Notes under the pieces: model-generated
What the model saw: the letters and a program-made list of their open reading frames with translations, nothing else
Databases searched by the model: none
Told to the model about the DNA's origin: nothing
Assembly (NCBI GenBank): GCA_951406725.2
Contig: CATOCA020000001.1
Coordinates: 3,844,001-3,908,000 of the forward strand
Reading direction: 5' to 3'
DNA from: Octopus vulgaris
Taxonomy: Eukaryota
Length of the DNA: 64,000 nt
Program-made: the position numbers and the translations under genes
Shown: piece after piece, positions 53,199 to 64,000 of the stretch
Layout of the letters: each line of letters begins with the position of its first letter
How positions within the stretch are numbered: the stretch's first letter is position 1

Positions 53199-55593
53199 TT
53201 TGGCATCCTTTCTGTCTCGGGAGACAATGGAGTTGCGCTTTTTTTTTTTTTTTTTACCTAGGTCTAGTCCGGCTGTTATATTTTATTTCCCGTTACATTT
53301 CTTGCTGTGGCTGTGTAGTCCTATCCTGGACAAACACTCCCTCTGGCAGGTACTGCAAATGTAGCGAAGACTGTTCCTGGCTGATTGTAGTGCCATGGTC
53401 TCTTGTTTATGTCTCTTCCTTTCTTTCCATTTCTCCTCTCTCTTTTTGTCACTCCTCTGTATACCCTCTTTTACTGTACGTCACCATTCTCCACGGTTGC
53501 CGGCGACTGCCTCCCAACCGCTAATGTTGATGTTGCAGGCCTTCATATCCCTTTTGCAAACATCCTTGTAACGTAAGATCGGTCTACCCACAGACCTAGT
53601 ACCCCTAGCAAGCTCTCCGTAGAGTATGTCCTTGGGGATTCTGCCATCTTTCATACGGCTAGCATGCCCAAGCCATCTCATACGTCTTTGTGTGAGGAGT
53701 GCAAACATGCTTGGTATTCCTGCTTGCCTGAGGACATCTTTGTTGGGGATATGATTCTGCCATTTGATGTGGAGGATTTTTCGGAGGCAGCGCAGGTGAA
53801 AGATGTTTAGGCGACGCTCTTGGCGTGTGTATAGCGTCCAGGTCTCGCTTCCATACAGTAGAGTGCTGAGTACACATGCCTCGTAGATCTTCATTTTTGT
53901 GGTCTTGGTCAGCTTATTGTTGTCCCAAGCCCGTTTGGAGAGTTGGGCCATCGCAGCAGCTGCCTTTCCAATGCGTATATTGAGCTCAGCGTCAAGGGAT
54001 AGGTTGTAGGTGACGGTAGAGCCTAGATAGGTAAACTTCTCCACCTCTTGTAATCTGTGGTCTCCAATATGTATGTTTGGGATGTCCGATGTAGCCTGGC
54101 CCATGATGTTGGTCTTCGTAAGGCTGATAGCTAAGCCAAAGTCGTTACATGCTTGCTCAAAACAGTTAATGAGCCTTTGGAGGGCTTCTTCTGTGTGTGT
54201 TACCAGAGCGGCATCATCAGCAAATAGCATCTCCTTGATCAGGACGTTTCTGATTTTAGTCTTGGCACACAGGCGCGAGAGATTGAACAGTTTCCCGTCA
54301 CCTCTACTGTGCAGAAACACTCCATCATCTGATGTCTGAAAGGCATGTGACAGCAAGAGTGAGAAGAAGATGCCAAACAATGTAGGAGCGAGGACACAGC
54401 CCTGCTTTACCCCGTTTTTTATTTGGAAGGCGGCTGATGTTGAACCGTTGTGCTGTATGGTGCCTTGCATGTCATCATGGAAAGACTTGATGATCCTCAG
54501 CAGCTTTGGTGGACATCCGATTTTTTGGAGCAGGATTAAGAGGCCTGTTCTGCTTAGCGAGTCAAAAGCCTTTGTTAGATCAATGAAGGCCATATATAAT
54601 GGCATTTTCTGCTCTCTGGACTTCTCCTGAAGTTGGCGTATGGAGAATATCATATCGATAGTTGATCTGCTTCTTCTAAAGACACACTGCGATTCCGGAT
54701 AGATTCGAGAAGCAAGTAGTTGTAGCCTGGCCAGGATAACGCGGGCAAAGGTCTTTCCAACAGTGCTTAGAAGGGATATACCACGGTAATTGTTACAATC
54801 ACCACGGTCACCTTTGTTTTTGTAGAGCGTAATGATGTTGGCATCCCGCATATCCTGAGGGACTGTACCCTCTTCCCAGCACTGACACAGAAGCTCATGA
54901 AGGTGCCGAAGCAGGATGGTGTTTTTGCCGGCGTTGATGATATCTGAGGGGATGCCGTCTTTTCCCGGAGCCTTATTTCTTGCTAGGGAGTCAACAGCCT
55001 TGGTGAGCTCTGCTATAGATGGCGGACTGTCAAGTTCGCACATGACTGGCAAGATCTTGACACTCTCGACTGCAGCCTCAGCCACTGTGGTCTCCCGTGA
55101 GTAGAGATCCTGGTAGTGCTCCACCCATCTATCCATTTGCTTGCCTTGATCCCTGATGAGATCTCCAGTAGTTGATTTCAGAGGGGCTGACTTGGTTGCG
55201 GATGGACCGAGGGCCTTCTTCAAACCGGCATACATCCCACAGGTGTCGCCCCTGTCAGCAGCTGACTGGATACTCTGACAGATTTCCTGCCAATACCTAT
55301 TTGCACAGCATCTGGCTGTCAGTTGGGTTTTATTTCGTGCCTTTCTGAGTTCTTCGAGTGACTTTGTAGAAGAGTCACTCTTGTATTGCACCAGAGCTGC
55401 ACGCTTTGCTTCGATAACTGGCTCCAGCTCTAAGAGCCCAGCATTGAACCAATCTGGGTTTTGCCTTTCTCTCATGCCGAAAGTATCCAATGATGTCGTA
55501 TACAAGGCTTCCCTGATATAGTCCCACCTACTTTCAGCAGAGGAGGTTGGGCAGCTACTGAGGGCAACCTTGATAGAAGCAGCAAAACATTGC
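53199..55593 (-). mobile_element. 5'-truncated RTE (BovB-like) LINE with intact reverse-transcriptase frame
   Basis: ORF 53481-55643: KAPGKDGI, NYRGISLLS, FIDLTKAFD, GVKQGCVLAPTLF, LFADD, FTYLGS, LLYGSETW. Past a stop and frameshift lies the C2H2 finger CSTCQRECLSRIGLHSH. RTE-type tail ccattgtctcccgagacagaaaggatgcc. 7-bp TSD tgggtag (53192-53198, 55594-55600). No endonuclease domain. Confidence 0.95.
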
Positions 55594-57706
55594 TGGGTAG
55601 TAAAGAAATAGGTATTCCGCCTGCTGTTACGTTCTGAGTTCAAAAATACACCGAGGTCGACATTGCCTTTTATTCTTTCGGAGTCGATAAATTAAGTACC
55701 AGTTACGCACTGGCGTCGATATAATCGACTTAATCCGTTTGTCTGTCCTTGTTTATCCTCTCTGTGTTTAGCCCCTTGTGGGTAGTAAAGAAATAGGTAT
55801 TCCGCCTGCTGTTAAGTTCTGAGTTCAGAAATACACCGAGGACGACATTGCCTTTTATTCTTTCGGAGTCGATAAATTAAGTACCAGTTACGCACTGGCG
55901 TCGATATAATCGACTTAATCCGTTTGTCTGTCCTTGTTTATCCTCTCTGTGTTTAGCCCCTTGTGGGTAGTAAAGAAATAGGTATTCCGCCTGCTGTTAA
56001 GTTCTGAGTTCAGAAATACACCGAGGACGACATTGCCTTTTATTCTTTCGGAGTCGATAAATTAAGTACCAGTTACGCACTGGCGTCGATATAATCGACT
56101 TAATCCGTTTGTCTGTCCTTGTTTATCCTCTCTGTGTTTAGCCCCTTGTGGGTAGTAAAGAAATAGGTATTCCGCCTGCTGTTAAGTTCTGAGTTCAGAA
56201 ATACACCGAGGACGACATTGCCTTTTATTCTTTCGGAGTCGATAAATTAAGTACTAGTTACGCACTGGCGTCGATATAATCGACTTAATCCGTTTGTCTG
56301 TCCTTGTTTATCCTCTCTGTGTTTAGCCCCTTGTGGGTAGTAAAGAAATAGGTATTCCGCCTGCTGTTAAGTTCTGAGTTCAGAAATACACCGAGGACGA
56401 CATTGCCTTTTATTCTTTCGGAGTCGATAAATTAAGTACCAGTTACGCACTGGCGTCGATATAATCGACTTAATCCGTTTGTCTGTCCTTGTTTATCCTC
56501 TCTGTGTTTAGCCCCTTGTGGGTAGTAAAGAAATAGGTATTCCGCCTGCTGTTACGTTCTGAGTTCAAAAATACACCGAGGTCGACATTGCCTTTTATTC
56601 TTTCGGAGTCGATAAATTAAGTACCAGTTACGCACTGGCGTCGATATAATCGACTTAATCCGTTTGTCTGTCCTTGTTTATCCTCTTTGTGTTTAGCCCC
56701 TTGTGGGTAGTAAAGAAATAGGTATTCCGCCTGCTGTTAAGTTCTGTGTTCAGAAATACACCGAGGATGACATTGCCTTTTATTCTTTCGGAGTCGATAA
56801 ATTAAGTACCAGTTACGCACTGGCGTCGATATAATCGACTTAATCCGTTTGTCTGTCCTTGTTTATCCTCTCTGTGTTTAGCCCCTTGTGGGTAGTAAAG
56901 AAATAGGTATTCCGCCTGCTGTTACGTTCTGAGTTAAAAAATACACCGAGGTCGACATTGCCTTTTATTCTTTCGGAGTCGATAAATTAAGTACCAGTTA
57001 CGCAGTGGTTTCGATATAATCTACTTAATCCATTTGTCTGTCCTTGTTTATCCTCTCTGTGTTTAGCCCCTTGTGGGTAGTAAAGAAATAGGTATTCCGC
57101 CTGCTGTTACGTTCTGAGTTCAAAAATACACCGAGGTCGACATTGCCTTTTATTCTTTCGGAGTCGATTGAATAAGTACCAGTTACGCACTGGTTTCGAT
57201 ATAATCTACTTAATCCGTTTGTCTGTCCTTGTTTATCCTCTCTGTGTTTAGCCCCTTGTGGGTAGTAAAGAAATAGGTATTCCGCCTGCTGTTACGTTCT
57301 GAGTTCAAAAATACACCGAGGTCGACATTGCCTTTTATTCTTTCGGAGTCGATTGAATAAGTACCAGTTACGCACTGGTTTCGATATAATCTACTTAATC
57401 CGTTTGTCTATCTTTATTTGTCCTCTCTTCGTTTAGCCCCTTGTGGGTAGAAAGAAATAGGTATTCCGTCTGCTGTTACGTTCTGAGTTCCAATTCTGCC
57501 GAGTTCGACTTTGCCTTTTATAATTTCGGGGTCGATAAATTAAGTACCAGTTACGCACTGGGGTCGATGTAATCCACTTAATCCGTTTGTCTGTCTTTAT
57601 TTGTCCCCTCTGTGTTTAGCTCCTTGTGGGTAGTAAAGAAATAGGTATTCCGTCTGCTGTTACCTTCTGAGTTCAAATTCCGCCGGAGTCGACTTTGCCT
57701 TTTATC
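55594..57706 (+). repeat. 185-bp tandem array of box-A-less second-family SINE monomers (~11.5 units)
   Basis: ggtagtaaagaaataggtatt at 55596, 55781, 55966, 56151, 56336, 56521, 56706, 56891, 57076, 57261, 57446 and 57629. Confidence 0.95.
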
Positions 57707-58900
57707 TGAGTGACATCTCCGTGTGTGTGCAAGTGTATGTGTAAGTGTGTATATCTATGTATACGCTTATATATTGGTGCGCATGCATGTATGTACGCAC
57801 ACCCCTGTTAAATGAAAGAATAGCCTCATGTCTTATTCTCTCGCAAAGCTTTCCGGCTTTTCAAAGAAAATATATTCAACACAATCAACTATTCATAGTG
57901 TGGGAAAGTTTGTTTCAAGCCGGGCGAACCTAATACAATAAAAGAATGCGTCTAAATGTGCAGCAGACGGTGTTCACATGTTGATGCATGTGCGCAGACG
58001 AAACTGCTTGGTTCGAAGCGAGAGAATATCGAATAAATAAAAGAATAAATTAGAATGAACTAGAAAACCTTCGCCAAGTAGCTTATTTCCACCCATTAGC
58101 ATGAATGCCTAAAATCGCCCAATTTCTCAGACAAGCATATAACCTCCTTGGCGGGGGTAAAAAAAAAATTAATACAGTCATATGATTAAAAAAAAATCCT
58201 TTAAAAACAGGAATCATCTGAATCAGTTTTTATACATCAATGATAAGAGGAAACTAGTTTAACCATACAACTTGATTTTTTAAAAAACTTTTTTACTTGT
58301 TTGAGGCATTTGGCTGCGGTCATGCTAGAGCACCGCCTTAAACAAGCAAATCACCCCAGGACATATTCTTTGTAAGAATAGTACTTATTCTATCGGTCAC
58401 ATTTGCTGAACCGCTAGGTTATGAGGACGTAAACACACCAGCATCTGTTGTCAAGCGATGTTAGGGGGAACAAACACAGACAAGGCTTTGGTCGGCCTGA
58501 GGTTATAGCAGAAGACACTTGCCCAATGTGCCACGCGGTGGGACTGAACCCGGAACCATGTGGTTGGTAAGCAAGCTACTTACCACACAGCCACTCCTGC
58601 GCCTAAAAAGAAACAACAATTACCTAAAAGTTGAGTGATACACACACAGCCACCTGCACCACCACCATATCACATTCACCACCACCAGCCACCACCACCA
58701 CCACAACTATCCTACCACTATCACCACCATTCACCACCACCACCATATCACATTCACCACCACAACTATCCTACCACGACCACCACCATCAGCAGCAGCA
58801 TTGTCATGGCTTCCACTTCAACCACATACACCGCCATCAACGTTATAATGACGGTTACCTTGTCAGTCACTTTCACCACCACAACCTTATAACCACTGCA

Positions 58901-59127
58901 ATACCTATTTCTTTACTACCCACAAGGGGCTAAACACAGAGGGCTAAACAAGGACAGACAAACGGATTAAGTCGATTACATCGACCCCAGTGCGTAACTG
59001 GTACTTATTTAATCGACTCCGAAAGGATGAAAGACAAAGCTGACCTCGGCGGAATTTGAACTCAGAACGTAACGGCAGACGCAATACGGCTACGCATTTC
59101 GCCCTGCGTGCTAACGATTCTGCCAGC
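58901..59127 (-). mobile_element. Near full-length second-family SINE
   Basis: Reverse complement reads gctggcagaatcgttagcacg...gtgggtagtaaagaaataggtat. Confidence 0.9.
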
Positions 59128-59297
59128 ATTACCACCATCACCTCAGCATCATACATCACACCGCTCCTGTCGCCAATCTAACCATCGATACTATTTTATC
59201 CTCCATACTTATCTCGACCATCGTCATCATCAACACTGTCTCTGCTTTCACCACCAATCGCCGTCAAAACTACGATCACCACAATCAGTTTCTTTAC

Positions 59298-59375
59298 ACA
59301 GTTGAAAATCCATTATCCGATACTCATGGGACCGAGATTGTTGCAGATTTTTGATTTTTCTAATTTCGGAGTACC
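59298..59375 (+). mobile_element. pogo/Tigger-like terminal remnant
   Basis: cagttgaaaatccattatccgatactcatgggacc...gatttttgattttt resembles Tigger-type TIR/subterminal sequence (from memory). No partner TIR found. Confidence 0.35.
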
Positions 59376-59689
59376 TTATTAAAAACAAAATTGCATCTAC
59401 AAAACTGAACAGTTTGAGGATAGAAACCAGGTCTAAACACAATCGATTATAGACATACACTCAATGTAGTTCTATATAAATATTTAATAATTTTTTTTTA
59501 TACTTAAGACCGCCAGAAATGTTAAGATATCAGCCTCTACCCACGTTGTCACGCTTTGATTAAAAGGTTACAGCCTAGATTAGATTACTTAGATAAGTTT
59601 CGGCCGAAGTTGACTCAGGCCATGTCTAATTTAATAGCACCACCTGGAAAAGATACACAGTCAGCTCTGGGGAACCGTAGCCCATTCAA

Positions 59690-60060
59690 GCAGAGGGTTA
59701 TTGTTTACAGAGGCATAACTGGGTGTGGGTGGTTTATCTGGTATTTGTTGGGGTAATCATCTGGGGATAGTTTGAATACCGCGAAGTCACTTTCCTCCTT
59801 TGTGTGTATTTGACACGATGTTGAAGAGAGCAGGGTCAATTGAGGTGAAATAGTTCTGTCATAGTGTTGTGATACGACACGAACATTTCTGTAGTGGACG
59901 GATGGCACGAGGGCCAAGCCTCGGACGAATTTTAAAGATGGGCAATGTTGATGAAATATTTTCCACATCATACAGATGATATAGAGCTTACAGCGGCCGT
60001 GGAGGGAGCAAAGCCTGAGCTTTTTGAGTCGATGCCAATAGTCAAGGCTTTTCATGTCAT
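59690..60060 (-). pseudogene. CR1/L2-group LINE ORF2 C-terminal relic
   Basis: LDYWHRLKKLRLCSLHGRCKLYIICMMWKIF matches the Y.ERLK.L.L.SL..RR.RY.I...WKI motif. Confidence 0.7.
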
Positions 60061-60069
60061 CCTCCGCAG

Positions 60070-60357
60070 CTAAGAGTTCAAATTCCGCCGAGGTAGACTT
60101 TGCCTTTCATCCTTTCGGGGTCGATTAAATAAGTACCAGTTACGCACTGGGGTCGATATAATCGACTTAATCCGTTTGTCTATCCTTATTTGTCGCCTCT
60201 ATGTTTAGCCCCTTGTGGGTAGTAAAGAAATAGGTATTTCGTCTACCGTTAAGTTCTGAGTTCAAATTCCGCCGAGGTCGATTTTGCCTTTCATCATTTC
60301 GGTGTTGATAAATTAAATACCAGTTACGTACTGGGGTCGATCTAATCGACTGGACCC
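60070..60357 (+). mobile_element. Second-family SINE dimer interrupted by the LTR element; its tail resumes at 63807-63856
   Basis: Left side ends ...tctaatcgactggaccc. Right side continues gccccttacccaaaagctcgggccttgggcctagaatagaaaagaat, matching the alternative tail at 35230-35268. Confidence 0.85.
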
Positions 60358-63300
60358 TGTGGGATGAAGTCAACAGCTGGGGAGCTGATCGGAACTTGGG
60401 AGCTGACCGGAACTTGGGAGCTGACCGGAAGAGGTAAGGTGCAGGAGTGACGCGCGCGCAGGCAAGGGACGATCGGGGTAACCGACAGTGCTGAACGTGT
60501 GAGCGCTTCGACAAGGTAAGGGAAAAGCAGCTGCTATTTTTAGCGTTCGGATCGGGCCACGTGGACGGATGCGTTACCACCGGGGAGTTCTGCGTTGTCG
60601 AAGAGAAGGTAGGTGTCTTTACTTCTAATTTCCCGCTTACACCACACGCTATTTCGGCACTCCACATACGTCGTCAACACGATGGCAGCTAAAATCAGAA
60701 TCGCCAGCGACGTTATCAGACCATCTAATGATGAGGGCGATGTAGTGGCCTGGATGCGTAAAATTAGGATTGTGGCGAGATTGCAGGGCATTAGCGATGT
60801 GGCCAGCCTTATGGCACTCTGTTTGGAAGGGAGCACGTTGACTCTAGATACGGGTTGCACGACCAGCCTCGGGAATTCAAGGGTGACGAAGAAATGGAAT
60901 GGGGCAAGTAGCGTCCGGGCGGTCGACGGCAGCGAAATCCGTTGCAAAGGCAGCAGCAAGGTAGAGATAGAGGTGCGAGGCGCGACGCTAAGGCTGCAGG
61001 TAATTGTGGTTGAACGCGTAATAGACGGGGTTGATGTGGTGATGGGGGTGGACGCTATCAACCGCCTCGGTGGCGTCAGTATTGTAGAGATGAGATCACG
61101 TTCGGAAGTGTGGGGGTGTCGTGCGCTGTGAGTCAGGGTCGCCATAGAAAGCAGAGCCCCGCGAGGGACTGCGCCACTTACACCATCGAGGACAAGGATT
61201 TTCAGGCGGCATTCGATGGTCAGCGGTGGACGATAGAGTGGTGATGGAAAGACGAGCCCCCGATGCTGAAGAACAGGGTGAGCTGCTACCAGCGTACCCT
61301 GAACGGTCACGCCAGGCTTGAGTTCGAAGACGAGATAGAGAGGTGGATCGAGGAAGGAGTCGTTGCTCCGTGGGAGGAGGAGGTAGTGGGCGGAGTGCTA
61401 CCTCTTAGGCGGTGGTGCAGCCGACGAAGGGAAAAGTCAGACTAGTGCTGGACTTTAGAGAGCTAAACGCGAATATATCGTTCCACACGGGTGGCAAGGC
61501 AACCGACGTTTGTGGCGAGGTGTTATGTGTGTGGAGACAGTCGACCAAGGCAGCGACGATTGTTGACTTGAAATCGGCATACTTGCAGCTCCATGTAAGC
61601 GACAAACTGTCGCGATATCAGATGGTGCGGTACAAGGGCATGGCGTACTGTTTAACTAGGTTGGGTTTCGGACTGAATTCCGCTCCGAAGATCATGGCGG
61701 CAGTGTTTAAGTCCGTCCTAGGGAAGGAGGACAAGATTAGAAAGGACACCAGTTCCTACATAGACAACATTTTGGTGGACAAAACTGTAGTGCCAGCCAA
61801 CGAGGTAGTGAGACATCTGGAGAAGTTCGGACTGATTGCGAAACCACCGGAGTCGATGGAAGGGGGAGTTGCACTGGGGCTGAAGCTGCGAAGAGATAGA
61901 TCGAGAGAGTTGGTGTCCCGAAAAGGAAATGAAATCCCAGAGCTGAGTTCCAGCGTCAGCAGGAGAGAGCTGTTCTCGGTGTGTGGGAAGTCGGTCGGTC
62001 ACTACTCGATCGCTAGATGGCTGCACACAGCGTGCAGTTATATCAAGAGACGGGCGGAAGGGGAGAGTTAAGGCAACAAGGTGGCGATGATGTGGGAAAT
62101 CCTAGAGAGGACGAGAGCGGAAGACCCGGTCAGGGGGAACTGGTATGTGCCCAAACGGAATACGGGACCGTCTGGTGTGAGGATAGCAGTATAGCGATAG
62201 GGGTTGTGTTGGAGATCGAAGGCACTGAGGTGGAGGTCGCGGCCTGGCTTCGGAAAGCAGACGGCTTTAACCACACCAATGTTACCGAATTAGACTAGAT
62301 GCTGAAGGGGGTGAACTTAGCCCTTTAAAAGGGGGCTGCGGTCAATCGAAATCCGGCCACTATGCTTGGCTGGGTAGGATCGGTGCTCATCGGTGAGAGA
62401 AGAGATCGGACGAAAGGTGCCGCGGAGATGTTGGTGAAGCGACGTCTAGGAGATCTAGGAGAATTGATTGCCGAGTTCGGACTGAAGCTAAACGTGGTTT
62501 TCGTGCCTTCCAAGAGAAACAGGGCAGACGCACTGACCAGGGTGAAAAGGGCGTGGTTGGAGGAGCCGGAGGAGGCACAGAAAGGGATAGCTGCGGCGTG
62601 TCGGTTGGGTGACTCCGAACTGAAGAGACTGCACGCTATGCATCACTTAGGTGTGAACAGGATCCAATATCTTGCGAAGATTATTGATGCTGACGTCACT
62701 AGGAGAAGCACCCGGAAAGTGGTCGGGAGCCGCGACTAGTGTCAGCCCATTGACCCTGCTCCGTGTGAGCATCAGCAAGGAAACCTTTCGGTGGAGCACA
62801 ACTGGAAGTGACTTGCTGTGGTTGTGACGCATTAACGACAGGGAAAGTATCTCTCCATGGTCGACTGCAGTCCGGGCTAGCTGGCCATTTGGAGGGAGTT
62901 GAGGACGGGCATTACTGACGAGATTGCGCAGATTTTGAACGGGATATTTTTAGAGAGAGGGCCCGTGGAAGAACTGCTAATGGACAACGGGGCGGCGTTT
63001 CGTTCGGAAGCGTTGAGGGATATGCTCGGACGGCGAAAATTGCATCGCTTGTTCAGAGCAGTATATAGGCCGAACAGTAACGGAATCGTGGAGAGGAACC
63101 ATCGGACAGTCAAGGTCATAGCGGAAAGAGGACACATTTCGCCGCTGGAAGCAGTTTTCTGGTACAACATGTCTCTCCGATCCGGAAAAGCTGAAGAATC
63201 CGTGCCACACAGAGCGCTATTTAAATACGAATGGAGGCATCGAGTAAAGCGGCGGAGTGTCACGAAGAAGAGAAGAGACACGCCTGCGTGAAAATAGGGG

Positions 63301-63806
63301 AGGAAGTCTGGGTTAAGCCACCGAAGGCGCGCTGTACGTATCAATGGAGACGGCGGTCAATTCCAGAAACAATGTCTCCGTGGATGGAATGCCGTGACAT
63401 GTCTTGGACCTTCGCAGGATTGTCGCTTAGTCGGATGACGATTGTGGAGAGGAGGAGAACGAGGTGCCTAGCCCGAGAAAATCTCGACGCGCAAGGTGCC
63501 CTCCCGGTTGGATAGTGGACTTCGACGTGGAGTAGAGAGAATATGTTCTTTAAGATAAGGGTGGCGTGTGGGATGACGTCAGCAGCTGGGGAGCTGACCT
63601 GAAGAAGAAGGGCGCAGGGGGCCTTTTCGATTGGGGCAGCCGTCAGTGCTGGATGTGTGAGCATTCGACAAAGTAAGGGAAAGGTATGTCTTGCTTTTCT
63701 GCTGGGATGAGAACTTGAGTTGTTCCTTGCCAGTCGCGTAGCAACAGGAACTGATCCGGTCTTTTGCACTGGAGCCAACCACAGGGAACCTTCCGCATAC
63801 ACCACA
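60358..63806 (+). mobile_element. Decayed Ty3/Gypsy LTR retrotransposon (5' LTR 60358-~60646, 3' LTR 63567-63806)
   Basis: Both LTRs begin TGTGGGATGA and end ...cgc(t/a)tacaccaCA. Purine-rich PPT taagataagggtggcg. Imperfect TSD gaccc/gcccc. Order: gag remnant, protease (LDTGC), RT (VLDFRELN, DLKSAYLQ, RLGFGL, YIDN), RNase H, integrase (HHLG, MDNGAAF, NSNGIVERNHRTVK). Many stops and frameshifts. Confidence 0.92.
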
Positions 63807-64000
63807 GCCCCTTACCCAAAAGCTCGGGCCTTGGGCCTAGAATAGAAAAGAATATTGAAGATGACGTAAGCATTGAGATAAAGAATGTATGTTGACAGGA
63901 ATAGGAGATACGGGAAAGATATATTCACACGGTGTGTGGGAATACTGGATAACATCGGCATACATATACACTGCAACACACACACACACACATCCTTTAA

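Noticed and set aside
58631-58933. His/Pro/Thr-rich ORFs
   Set aside because: Degenerate (CAC)n repeat running into a SINE.
60540-61310. 256-aa minus-strand ORF and other ORFs antisense to the Gypsy, RTE and Tx1 frames
   Set aside because: Shadow ORFs of GC-richer retroelement coding sequence.

Overview
AT-rich, microsatellite-dense animal DNA made almost entirely of repeats. The two dominant tRNA-derived SINE families suggest an octopus or other coleoid cephalopod; this is my inference from recalled sequences, not a database result. I find no credible host protein-coding gene, rRNA, tRNA or CRISPR array. Most ORFs in the track are microsatellite or SINE artefacts. Bases 1-34,141 are a mosaic tandem segmental duplication (blocks in 2-3 copies). 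It carries L1/Tx1 fragments (one flanked on both sides by GATA repeats), Penelope-like remnants with hammerhead ribozyme motifs, and an unusually conserved ~300-bp island containing a pre-miRNA-like hairpin. Bases 35-64 kb hold SINE clusters, a hAT transposase relic, a 121-bp satellite built from a CR1 LINE 3' end, MITEs, a non-autonomous Helitron, a 5'-truncated RTE LINE inserted into a 185-bp SINE-derived array, and a decayed Gypsy LTR element with an atypical primer-binding site. All alignments, counts and folds were done by eye, so boundaries are approximate.
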